33,070 bases of DNA from Octopus bimaculoides (taxonomy: Eukaryota). Positions 20,838-32,522 of the stretch are shown piece after piece. Within the stretch, counting starts at the first letter, position 1, and every line of letters begins with the position of its first letter. The notes beneath the pieces were generated by a model. It did no database searches and had not been told where the DNA came from. It was given only the letters and a program-made list of their open reading frames with translations. The translations under genes and the position numbers were made by a program. The stretch is from positions 160,485,969 to 160,519,038 of the forward strand of contig NC_068982.1 in the NCBI RefSeq assembly GCF_001194135.2, written 5' to 3'.

Positions 20838-21262
20838 AAGGCGGCGAGTGGGCAGAAACGTTAGCACGCCGGGCGAAATGCTTAGCGGTATTTCGTCTGC
20901 CGCTACGTTCTGAGTTCAAATTCCGCCGAGGTCGACTTCGCCTTCCATCCTTTCGGGGTCGATTAAATATGTACCAGTTACGCACTGGGTCGATATAATC
21001 GACTTAATCCGTTTGTCTGTCCTTGTTTGTCCCCTTTGTGTGCAGCCCCTTGTGGGCAGTAAAGAAATAAGAAACGTTAGCACGCCGGGTGAAATGCTTA
21101 ACGGCATTTCGTCAGTCTTTATGTTCTGAGTTCAAATTCCGCCGAGGTCAACTTTGCCTTTCATCCTTTCAGGGTCGATAAATTAAGTTGCGTATTGGGG
21201 TCGATCTAATCAACTGGCCCCCCTCCCCAAACATTTCTGGCCTTATACCTAGAGTAGAAAAG
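20838..21262 (+). mobile_element. Head-to-tail SINE family A dimer (monomer 1 about 20840-21070, monomer 2 about 21071-21262) with different 3' tails
   Basis: A-box-like gggcagaaacgttag and B box gagttcaaattcc. Flanking 16-bp direct repeat aatattgttca(t/c)gtgt at 20822-20837 and 21263-21278. Confidence 0.92.
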
Positions 21263-22470
21263 AATATTGTTCACGTGTGTATATCAAGCTTGAAAGTTTT
21301 CAAATCTCAGTGATATGAGCGTATGTATACTCCAGTATGTTTGCAGTTACAAAAACTTAAACGGAATGTATCTGGTCACTTATAGGGTTTGCGAGATTTA
21401 CTTCTCGAAACAGTAATACATAACCACAACACAGAGATGTGTGGGCACAAACTTTCACAAACACAAATACTAACACTACACACATACATAATCATACACA
21501 TGCCGTTCCGAAACACGCACACAGATATGTGTGTGTGCGTGCGTGAGGGCGTGAGTGCGTGTGTGTGTATGTGTGTGTGCGTGCGTCAGTGCGTTATGTG
21601 TGTATGTGTGTTCAATGTGGATTTTACCGCAAGGCAGAAATTATCAATTCATTTCGATAAACGAAGATGTATTTTTCGTAACTAAATATTAAAAGTACAT
21701 AAACACGGCGTTTTTAGGCACTATCACTAAGAAAATGGAAGTGAGTACTTACGTTAAGTAAAAACAGGTTTTCCCTATTTTTGTTAAGTGAAATACATTA
21801 ATTACATTTTTGGAAAAAGCTTTTATTGAAGATAAATATCTTTCTTTATCCATTTGTTATTAGCTATTGGAAAACAGTGATTAATACTGCTTGGAAATAT
21901 TTTTCTAATAAATATTGCATTCAGGAGGTTTCCGAAGCATACTCTCTTCCCCATCAAAGACTTATACTAAAGCATGTGTATGAAAATAATTCTGTGCTTG
22001 GGTGTGTATGGCTGAGTGTTGTATACGTATTTCTGTGTGTGTCGTTTTACTTTTCTACAATTTTGTGCTCCTAGCATTTTCTTGTCATTTGAGATATACA
22101 CCTGCACTTTTATCTATAAATGTGTAGACGCCTACAACTAAGAAATTCATCAATATGTACAAATGTGTGTGTGTGCGCGCGCGCGCGTATACGTATAAAA
22201 TATGTGAGAAGGAAAATGTGATTCTAGATTTCTTTTTATTCACTGCGATCGTGCACTGGTACTTCGGTGATAAAATACTGTGCAAACAGTTGTTGCGCAT
22301 CGTAGGTGTAGATGTGACTCGTCAAGTGACTTTTCAAAACGGACCTCGTTTGTTATTCTCCGTTTTGCTTATTTCTATTACAATACATTTTGGTAGTAGT
22401 CGTGCACTATACGTCTACACAAGGAACTGGGTTATAATATAGAACTCTTCCCATATACATATATAGATGT

Positions 22471-22664
22471 AGGCGTAGGAGAGGTTGTGTGGTAAGTAGC
22501 TTGCTTACCAACCACATAATCCGAGTTCAGTCCCACTGCGTGGCACCTTGGGCAAGTGTCTTCTGCTATAGCCTCGGGCCGACCAAAGCCTTGTGAGTGG
22601 ATTTGGTAGACGGAAACTGAAAGAAGCCTGTCGTATATATGTATATATATGTGTATGTGTCTGT
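22471..22664 (+). mobile_element. SINE family B 5' half, well preserved, running into a gap
   Basis: aggcgtaggagaggttgtgtggtaagtagcttgcttacca...gagttcagtcccactgcgtggcaccttgggcaagtgtcttc...gtcgtatatatg. Confidence 0.93.
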
Positions 22665-23155
22665 NNNNNNNNNNNNNNNNNNNNNNNNNNNNNNNNNNNN
22701 NNNNNNNNNNNNNNNNNNNNNNNNNNNNNNNNNNNNNNNNNNNNNNNNNNNNNNNNNNNNNNNNNNNNNNNNNNNNNNNNNNNNNNNNNNNNNNNNNNNN
22801 NNNNNNNNNNNNNNNNNNNNNNNNNNNNNNNNNNNNNNNNNNNNNNNNNNNNNNNNNNNNNNNNNNNNNNNNNNNNNNNNNNNNNNNNNNNNNNNNNNNN
22901 NNNNNNNNNNNNNNNNNNNNNNNNNNNNNNNNNNNNNNNNNNNNNNNNNNNNNNNNNNNNNNNNNNNNNNNNNNNNNNNNNNNNNNNNNNNNNNNNNNNN
23001 NNNNNNNNNNNNNNNNNNNNNNNNNNNNNNNNNNNNNNNNNNNNNNNNNNNNNNNNNNNNNNNNNNNNNNNNNNNNNNNNNNNNNNNNNNNNNNNNNNNN
23101 NNNNNNNNNNNNNNNNNNNNNNNNNNNNNNNNNNNNNNNNNNNNNNNNNNNNNNN
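22665..23155. other. Assembly gap (N) beginning in the SINE-B internal microsatellite
   Basis: N run. Confidence 1.
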
Positions 23156-23380
23156 ATTAACATGGCATTCCTGGCACCACAACTGTCTCTAGCACCATGA
23201 GCACTTCTAACATTAACACAACATAACCACTTTTATTACTGTCAACGAACCAACTCAATTGCTCCAAAATATTTACACCTTCCGCCCCATCTGTCTGTCC
23301 TTCTTTACACATCGTTCACGATATAAAGGACTACCTTTGTTCCTTGCCGAAAATAATTATTTCGTCGGTCTCAACCTTTG

Positions 23381-23422
<42 letters not shown>

Positions 23423-23759
23423 ACATACACACATACATACAAACACGAGAAAATGCTTAGAGAACTTTATCATAGTAAAATGGAAAGAAAATATTACCGA
23501 TTGTAGTCATTTAGGACGTCCTCTTTAAGGAAAATTGAAATTAATTAAATTGAATTAAGTTTTCATATTTCTGGGAGTTCATACACTTCTACAAAAAATG
23601 TTTACTAGCTGGTAGTGATGACCGGTTAATAAGAGTGGTAGCAAACAGCTGGTTGTAGGAGGGAAGATAGTAGTAGTTATAGGTGGTTGTTGTCTCCCTC
23701 GGTTGGTGGGAGTGGTAGCAGGTCTCTCGGTTGTTGGTGGCTGAGGGATGAATTACGGT

Positions 23760-24118
23760 TGGCCAAATGTGTTTCAACAAAACTCAGCACTCATTCACAA
23801 AGCCCGTCTAACCAAAGAATGGACGCCAGGCAATCTTTATCATCATATAACATCCAACTTGTGTCCTCTAACCATCATATTATACCCAACTTAAGTCCTA
23901 CAAACTCGCCCGATTTATATCCTGTGAACTACTGTGAACTACTGCGCTTTCAGTATTGAGAGCCTAATCGACACCCACACAATGCAATAGCTTCATAGAC
24001 GGTCACCATTATCCAGATGATACCCGAAATGAATAAGAAGCATTTAGTGCAGACATGTCGAAAATTCCGGTTCCGTATCAAAGCAGTCAGTGAAGAGGAA
24101 GGCTGATAAATAGAATAA
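23760..24118 (+). pseudogene. C-terminal remnant of a Tc1/mariner-superfamily transposase of the maT/DD37D type
   Basis: GWPNVFQQNSALIHKARLTKEW (cf. GRPYVFQQDSAPAHKA..TQ.W), PTNSPDLYPVNY (SPDLNPLDY), NRHPHN and EMNKKHLVQTCRKFRFRIKAVSEEEG. Stops and a frameshifting duplication are present. Confidence 0.85.
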
Positions 24119-24263
24119 TCTTCTAAGGAAACTTATCGAAATCATGTGCACAAATTCTTATTAAAATATATTTGGTTTCTGCTAGATTAGACTTGTTTTA
24201 TTAAATTACCGAATATGTCCTCAAATACCTCTCGCACGCTTCTTTGTATATATATAAGTGTGT

Positions 24264-24297
<34 letters not shown>

Positions 24298-24300
24298 CAC

Positions 24301-24338
<38 letters not shown>

Positions 24339-24365
24339 CACACATATTTACATACATACACATAA

Positions 24366-24414
<49 letters not shown>

Positions 24415-27334
24415 GTATATGAAATGCTTCGAAAGAACCTCTCTCTTACCCTCAGTTATAAATACATAATCACTTATAACATATAATTGAACCACCTTTC
24501 CCACACATTTTCTAATCGTATGCAGTTGACTTTGTGCTCACTTTTTCACATTCTTCATATACATATGCTTATGAGGTTCAACACGGCTTTACTTATCTAA
24601 ACCTGCATACAAAACAAAACTTAAAATAGGGATTCTACTATCTTATTTCGTGAGAGGACCTAAAAGAAGGAGAAATGCAGACTCAGTTATATGAGCATAT
24701 CTCTCAGGGCAGAAAATAAAGATGCCATTAAAATTTACATACAACAACTCTACAATATCCATGGTATGAAAAGAAAGCATAGTAGAGAAATCAAAACGAC
24801 ATTGAAACATAATTAGGTCAGTCAAAATTCTCATATTTCGTTAATAAAATGAAGCAGCAATGGTGTAGGACCAATACATTGGATTCTGCAAGTAATTTGG
24901 TTCCAATTTTATTCCAATAAACAAAATCGTATTAAAACACAAAACAGGCTTATTGTCATTGTCACATTAAAAATGGGCGAACTAGACTGTACATATTTAA
25001 CAAAAATTAAAGTTGAATGCTCACTTGTAGCCCCATACATTCCAGACACATTAACTTGTACAACAAAATTAAATAACCAAAACAAAAAATTTAACTTTCA
25101 CTCATCTCAAAAGTAGAAACATCTACAAAATCAAGGAGCTCATTAATTTTAAAACTCTATTTGTATACCCGCTACCAAAAATAGGTGCAAACGAAATGTA
25201 ACTCTCACACTCCCATAGAGTCCACCTTAGTCGCCATGGATGCGACCAGTACTAACTTCATGTACAAATGTGCAGAAATAGCGTTCAGATTTGAGTAAAT
25301 ACATATTTATCTCTTCTTATATGGTCTATCATAACGTGTCCGAGTGTACAGTAATTTTTGCAGCTTTAGAGAGGCATCTTATATCTATGACAACAGATCA
25401 GTCAGGAACGCCTAGTCGTTTGACCTAAAACTTGTAAGCCATTTATCTACCCACCCATATCTGCCCTTGACTACAAAACAACTATTGATAAAACTACAGC
25501 GTTCATTGTAAATTATCAAGAAAATTATTGTTATTGATATAATACTATAGATATTGATGTAATACAATAGCAACCCTCTTGACTGATAATCGATTATTCA
25601 TTATATTCTACTGTTATTGTGCGTTTCTTCACCTTTCTGTGATCCTGATTCACATTAAAATTGTATATTATAGATAAATTTTATATATGATTATATCAGC
25701 TTTTATTAAACCCGTCAAGTTATTTAAGAGGTGCTTAATACAATTTAACAGAACAACGATTATCATATATTATCCAGCTACATATGACATTTATGTGAAC
25801 AAAATAAATATGCAAAATATATTGAATTAAAATATGTTCCTAGTGAGCATTTCTCCAACGTAAGTGACATGTTTTAATAAAACATAAGATTGTCGCTGGG
25901 CATTTATACAAGTCTGTATCACAGTTTTGATTTTTCTACAACCTAAAATATTTAAAGTACTTGAGCAAACTTTATTTGTTCGATTTGGCTCCATATTCAT
26001 AACAGAATATTAAGTAGAATACATTTGTCAACAATTAATCACCTCATTGAAATTAAATGACTAGGGAGTTGGATATTTTATATATCATCTGAATTTTCAA
26101 TGTAAATGCATGTATTGTATTGAATTTATAAATATATTAGTACGTTACGAAATATTCTTATCGTCATATAACCAGTAGCAATGCAATGTAGGCAAGTAGA
26201 TGTAAATTTTGAAATTTGAGACAAGAGCTACTTTGTTTACTTATGTACTCATTACAAACTAGTTACTATATAGTAATAATATCACATTGAATTTCTTAAG
26301 ATTTCAGAGATAGACGTTCTAAGAATGGTAGCTGACATTCTTTAAGAAAACGTACACACATACTACAGGCATAATGTATTATGTTCCATGCAAAGAATTG
26401 GCAATTTTTATGCAGCATAATTCTGATGATTGGAATTACATCAAAAGTGATTTAATATCAAATCTTCGCGTGTTCCTCTACAATTGTCTAGAAATCATAT
26501 TTCATTAGTCAGAAATACAGATCCAATAGCGTGCTTCGTATAAAGAAGTTGCCATACACAATTCGAAAGAGATCGATTGCTTTGTTCATTCAATTTTAAT
26601 TTCATTCCTATGTCAAATGAATATAGTAGCACTAACGGTTCCTTCTGGCCTGTATTTGGATGGCTATAATCTGCTCGTTAGTAGCATTCTCCAATCTACC
26701 TCCCATACAATATCGCACTGAATGTCGAAGGAAATTTATAATGTAATTTCAGCTTTACAAATTATTGATTTATCGACAAAACCTTCCATTTGTAATAGTG
26801 TCATCCGAAATGTAAATAGCTTCTTGCATTGACTTACTTTCGTTAATACTTTAAGTATCAAATTCTATTGACCTTTCTCTATAACCTAATATCTCGAGAT
26901 TAAAATCATTGTAAGGATTTCAATAAGAGATTAACCTTTCTTGCACCCAATCACTTTAAGTGGAGTGGTGTACAAAAGATTATCTATCAGTAATTATGGG
27001 TGAAATTATTTCTGTGGAAAAGTTCAATTCGATTGACTCGTAGTGTGTGATGATTGTATTTTTCTTTGTACAAATGTTAACTAAACTTACAGTTTAATGA
27101 AGGAACTGATAATGGAAATATGTATTTAAAATGCATGGTCGTTTGTGATGTGATACTAAAAATATATCAAATTGTTTCGCCACGCTTTCATCTCTTCGTT
27201 GGAAGTTATACGAAGATATATTACTAAGTCTCCACAGGGAAATACATTTAACTATGTTGCATTTCCTTTCTTTTGAAAACAAAGTCTACTATTTTGAAAA
27301 ACAAAGCATTTAGTATGTTAGTTTAAATATATAT

Positions 27335-27385
27335 GTGTCGTTTTTGTTGTGGTTTACTCCCCGGCCAGCGCAGATCGAATGGGGT
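27335..27385 (-). mobile_element. Short retroposon 3'-tail fragment
   Basis: Minus strand tcgatctgcgctggccggggagtaaaccacaacaaaaac resembles ...ggggctaaacaacaac-type tails; very short. Confidence 0.3.
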
Positions 27386-28038
27386 ATGACGTAGGGCACC
27401 CTGACAATAACCCACACTTCTATTACATTGTGGATGTGTCTATGTTGTACATATGTCCTCGTGACCATGTACAACACATGTATGTGCAAGCCTGAGCAAG
27501 ATTATTTTGAATGGAAGCATAGTAATATTATATCAATGCAAGTCTCACCACACCACAATTGCGAAGGAAAGTGATTTCTTAAAACAAATACATGTCGGCA
27601 CGTGTTCTGTCACATACATTGCCATCAGAGCAGGTACTAACACAGCAGTGTATATCATTCAGTGAACTAAATATTCCACAAATTTATGGTCATGAATTTG
27701 TTATCTTTCTTTTGACATCAAAACTGAAGTCGGTGGGATACGAACTAAGAGAATCGAAGTAAATTTCACGTAGCGTTCTATAGTCAACACTTAAAACACT
27801 TCAACTATTTTCTGTTTTGCTATGTACAAAACTTATTAAAATAGTCAAGAGTGGGGGACAATGTCCATGACACTTTTAATGATTTATGAGATTGGTGGGA
27901 GAGATAAGATGTAGGTATCCTTAAAGCGGTGATCAAGTCGAATGTTGACAACAGAAAGGACTCTGCCAAGTAGCAGTAATAAACTGGACGATGGACTATG
28001 TCTACTACACAAGTAGATCTCAGCGTGACTAGAACTAA

Positions 28039-28180
28039 CTAGCAGTATAGCCCAGTTTTGCCCGGGATTAAGTTAGGATTATTAAGCTAATCAAGTTCTT
28101 TATTTCAAACCAAACTAAGTAACATCGACATCAAATTTGGGCAGAATCAGTGTCGCGACGGGAGTGCATGGATTGTGAGT
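28039..28180 (+). mobile_element. Possible non-autonomous Helitron/Helentron-like (Lep1/HINE-type) 5' portion
   Basis: Starts a|ctagcagtatagcccagttttgcccggg (CTAG plus subterminal imperfect IR) and later has catcaaatttgggcagaatcag. No 3' hairpin identified. Confidence 0.4.
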
Positions 28181-28699
28181 TTGATCGGAAGAGGTGATCA
28201 GGTTACACATGCCAGCCGTTTGAAAACACCACCCCATCATCTAACCCCTCTTTGCCCATGGGTTGGGAATCCTTCCAGCAAGGAAAATAAAATGCCCACA
28301 AAGGCTCTCGATCTTTTGTGTCAGATCACAACTAAGTCTTAGGTATATATATATATATATAAAAGGGCAACACACACATACACACACGTACGTACGTACA
28401 CCAATTGCATACATATTTTTTGTACGCATACATGTTCGTATGTGTGTGTGTTGCGCGTATGTCAACAAAACACTTTTTTCCTCGATGGAAAAAAATACAA
28501 CAAAAGTCTTAACAAAAACTTACATGTCGCTAGAAAGAGACTTAACTCCTGTTTGTAAACAATTGTGATTTCTCCGACTTTAGCGGGAAACCGTAGTTTA
28601 ATTTATATAGACGAGAAGAAAATGAAGGAAAAATAACAGAAGTGTGTCTTTGGCGCTAGTAATCCATTATTTAATTAGTAAATAAAGGTGAGAGTGAGA

Positions 28700-29450
28700 G
28701 TGAAGTTGTTTACGATGGTGAGGAAGATATATTTTTATATTTTTGCCTTGTTGGCAATGGTAGACATTGTCAGAACGAAGAAGTCAGAGGTAGAGAAGAA
28801 GAGTGAAAGATCAATGGTTACATCGGAAAAGAGATCAAAGATTCGAGTGTCTTACATTATAGTTGGGTTCACAGTTCGTTACGTCCGTTGTGAGGTGGAT
28901 GAAGAATATTAGTTGCACGTGCCTGTGACTTCTGGGGTCTCACCGGCGGTGCAATGTAAGGGAGCTAACTCTAATTGGGGAAAACCGGTGCTATTATAAT
29001 GATCTAGGTGTCATTGAAATATAGGTTGTAGGTGGTTCGTATTATTACAGGAAGCCGTATATTGGTGTAAAATATGGAACGAGCATCGGTCCGATCTAGA
29101 GTATAGAGAGACTCATTGCTGTAATACTATTTTGTTATGAAGAGTATATAGAGAAAGAGGGTGAGAATGGAAATTTTACTTGTAAGTACCTTAGGTGGTT
29201 CTCGCTTTAAAAGAATTATATGCATACACAGGCTAACATAGGATGTAGAGTAGGTATATAGTTATTGGTTTATTATGTGATTTTGGAGTAGGGTAAAATA
29301 GAATATGTGTTAGGTATTTTGTGTATTTATCTATAATGTAAGTTTGGGTTGGTGTAAGTGGTTAAGGGGAGGTAATGCGCTGGTGAATACGTCTGCTAGT
29401 ACGGGTGAGGCTAGGATAGAACGGGTTTAACGAAACTTAGAGAAGACAGA
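28700..29450 (-). mobile_element. Possible highly decayed APE-endonuclease region of a LINE
   Basis: Strong strand asymmetry. Faint motifs IIIIAPVFPN*S* (cf. IIIGDFNFPNI.W) and TVNPT...IFDLF...TSDF (cf. PT...LDL.F...SDH). Confidence 0.25.
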
Positions 29451-29464
29451 TTAGCCTATATGCA

Positions 29465-29590
29465 GAGAAAAATTATTTTCACTCCACTCTACACTTTTGT
29501 TCGCCATCCAACTCTATCCGAAGCGAGGATTTCTATGTCTTCTTGATCCATTCCAAGTGACTTCTTAGTAGTCCTTATGCCATCCTTAAC
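29465..29590 (-). mobile_element. RTE-like LINE C-terminal fragment
   Basis: KDGIRTTKKSLGMDQEDIEILASDRVGWRTKV*SGV matches the RTE-type ending K..LK..GI....WE.LA.DR..WR..V..G. Confidence 0.6.
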
Positions 29591-30204
29591 CTTTTGCATA
29601 TCTAAACATGCTCATATATATTTAAATGATAAACTTCTGCAAAGTTTTAGAGATTTACCATCACTACATTCTAGTGATGGTAGTCTTCTAATTAGCTTTC
29701 TCCATTCTGCTTTTGAGACGCCTAATTTCTCAAGATTGGTATTTAGGCAGTGTGTTACATATTCCAGGGCCCCAACAATTACAGGTATAAACCTCAACTT
29801 GTAATCTGGATAGAGTAACTGCAGATTTCTCGATAGTTCAGAAAAAGTGTTCTCTTTTTCATTGATTTTCAGCTTTATGTTAACATCTGCTGGGCAGCTA
29901 ATTTCTACAGCTATGTACAGTTTCTCTTCTCTATCCCAAATCATTATATCAAGTTTGCTGTGTCTACATTTTATCGAGGTCTTCACTGGGATATTCCACC
30001 AGTACTCCTTTTGATTATGAGTGGCTTTGGCTTCTACCATACTCTGAGTTCTTATTTCTTTGTCCTCGAATTTATCCTTCCGGCAGATTTCATTATATAG
30101 TGTCCTAGCTGCAACATCATGTCTCATCGGTAGATAATACCATGATGACATTTTCGGACATCTGCTTATGTGGATGATATCTTCGGTGTTAACTCCACAA
30201 AGTC
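29590..30204 (-). mobile_element. 3' end of a restriction-like-endonuclease (R4/NeSL-type) non-LTR retrotransposon: CCHC zinc knuckle plus PD-(D/E)xK domain, 5'-truncated
   Basis: ORF 29612-30265: [19 protein letters not shown] (knuckle, first Cys lost), RHDVAA, WWNIPV, KLDIMIWDREEK (cf. RPD), VEISCPADVN, KINEKENTFSEL, IPVIVGAL. The N-terminal HTYI repeats of this ORF are microsatellite. Confidence 0.88.
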
Positions 30205-30236
<32 letters not shown>

Positions 30237-30280
30237 TGTATGTATGTATGTATGTATGTATGCATGTATGTATGTATGTA
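30205..30280. repeat. (TATG)n/(CATA)n microsatellite at the truncated 5' end of the REL element
   Basis: Directly visible. Confidence 0.97.
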
Positions 30281-31946
30281 TTCACTGAATTACTTTTACT
30301 TTTAAGACTTTAATCGGTTAGATTTACTAACACATCACGGAGCGTCTTCCAATATTCTGACACCAGGAAATATTCCTTTATTTCATGTATTGGCTAACTA
30401 GAAGGCTGAAAGAAGACCATGACGTAAAATACCGGACGGCATTTCTGCATAATGTAAATCGTGAATTTAAGCATAATGTTGTTTGTGATACAACAGTGCT
30501 ATAGTGTTAATGATGTAAAACTTTGCAAGGATGTATTGATTAATGTATCGATGGAGAGAATAGGTATGTAAAACATTATTCCAGAGAATGATTCCGAAAG
30601 TAGATTTTCTTATTTATCCCTCATGTAATCATTTAATGCAGTTTGAATCTTACCCAAAGCTATTTTTCACATCCGGAAATATAATGAATACTCGGGCATC
30701 GATCATTAGTTTTTTTTTTTTAATTATCTGATATCATGTCAGTTTTTCCATAAGAGAGGATAATATTAATTGAAACATATATTAGAAATGAATATTTGAT
30801 GGATTTTTTTTAGTCTTGCGTATTTATCCAAATTTATGCTCCAGTGTGTATTTTTTCATGACATGTTATATTTGCTAAGTATTAAATTCAATGAAAAATT
30901 CATTCTACTGCTATGAAAAAAATCTGAATATCCATTTCTCAATACTAAAGAAGATAAAGAAAATACATATTTTGATTTAAATTTTCTTTCCTCCGATTTT
31001 TTAATAATAATTCTCATAACATATTACTGCTCGTAAGGTGAATTCCGCGTACTTTTTTCTTCAATTTCACCACATTTATCTATTCAACAACAGTATTGGG
31101 AGAATTAAAGAAAAAATGCATGGCATGCAACTGCTGAAAAATTCATTTTCTAATTACTTCGAATGCAGCGGAAATATTAGATATATACAAAGAAAAAGAA
31201 AATGATTTTCTTGCGTAAATGGAAGTCAGCTTCATTTTCGTGTTCACTTAGCCTTCTCCGAAATTTTATTGGTTATTTGAAAATCAAATGTAGATAAAAT
31301 TCTGAAAACTATGAGAGGTTTATTCTTATACGTTGTCTGTGTTAATAAAAAAAAATCAAAAATTTCTGGAAAATATACATTTAGTTTCAGTAAAAGTATG
31401 TTAAATTCTATTTTCAACCACATTTTATATTTGAAATACTGCATTAAATCACATCCTTAATAGGTTCAACATATACTAAAGTCTAATTACATAATAATAG
31501 ATATCAGCTACTCACCATATTTGGCAACCATTTTATAATTTACTTATTTCTTCTTATAGAACAGAATTTAGATTTCGGAAACTATAGTTCACAACATTTT
31601 CCAGTATAGGACCTTTTACTAATTACTTCCAAATTTCCTCACAGAAGATCCAGGATTCGATCTTTCGTTTTACACTATCCAGTGTTATGTTTCCTCAACC
31701 TGCTTTGTCGGAAATAGATTCCAGGCTTACATTTGCTAACTTCATGACAACATCATTCACATAATCTCCCCCCAAATACTTGCAACTTTAGCCGAAGACA
31801 CTTTTGATTAAAACGATGTATGTGCTTTTGGGTGGTTGTGCATGTTCGTGCGTTAGTGTATACACATATAAGCATACATATTAAATCTATTTTTATGTAA
31901 TATATATCCATCCATACTAACACACACACATGCATATATACATCTA

Positions 31947-31978
<32 letters not shown>

Positions 31979-32114
31979 NNNNNNNNNNNNNNNNNNNNNN
32001 NNNNNNNNNNNNNNNNNNNNNNNNNNNNNNNNNNNNNNNNNNNNNNNNNNNNNNNNNNNNNNNNNNNNNNNNNNNNNNNNNNNNNNNNNNNNNNNNNNNN
32101 NNNNNNNNNNNNNN
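31979..32114. other. Assembly gap (N) flanked by (TA)n
   Basis: N run. Confidence 1.
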
Positions 32115-32441
32115 ATATATATAATTTACTTCTTCCTTTTTATCCTATTCATTACAAAATTGCAATTTTATTCAAGTGATGTTATATTATTATTTTGGGG
32201 GGCTGAAATTATGGCTAGGCAATCCCAGTCATGTTTTCTGCATGTGTATTCCTATTATCAATTCATTATATATGTAATATTATAAGTATTTGTATTCATA
32301 ATATATTTCCTATGCTGTAATGCAACACGTGTAACGTGGAATTAAGACAATACTAAATTTTCCAAACTTTGATTTAATATGTATTTACATACATTTAAAT
32401 ATGTTTAGGCGCATATTATCTGCCAGTTAGCTGGCGAGATA

Positions 32442-32456
32442 GCTAGCTAGCTAGCT

Positions 32457-32520
<64 letters not shown>
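32442..32520. repeat. (TAGC)n/(GATA)n microsatellite abutting the LINE 3' end
   Basis: Directly visible. Confidence 0.95.

Positions 32521-32522
<2 letters not shown>

Noticed and set aside
20838-21262. Tandem repeat or tRNA gene interpretation of the duplicated A/B-box sequence
   Set aside because: No cloverleaf or CRISPR-like repeat-spacer structure; it is a SINE dimer with a TSD.
22270-22345. SVLKSHLTSH on minus, like a C2H2 zinc-finger helix
   Set aside because: The Cys pair is absent and there is an upstream stop.
24708-24763. Candidate 56-nt exon ctctcag|G AENKDAIKIYIQQLYNIH G|gtatga
   Set aside because: Plausible splice signals, but the peptide is not recognised and there are no partner exons; it cannot be supported without transcript data.
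8077-32124. Numerous ORF-track entries containing X runs or YI/CV/HT/SL repeats
   Set aside because: They are translations of N gaps and microsatellites.
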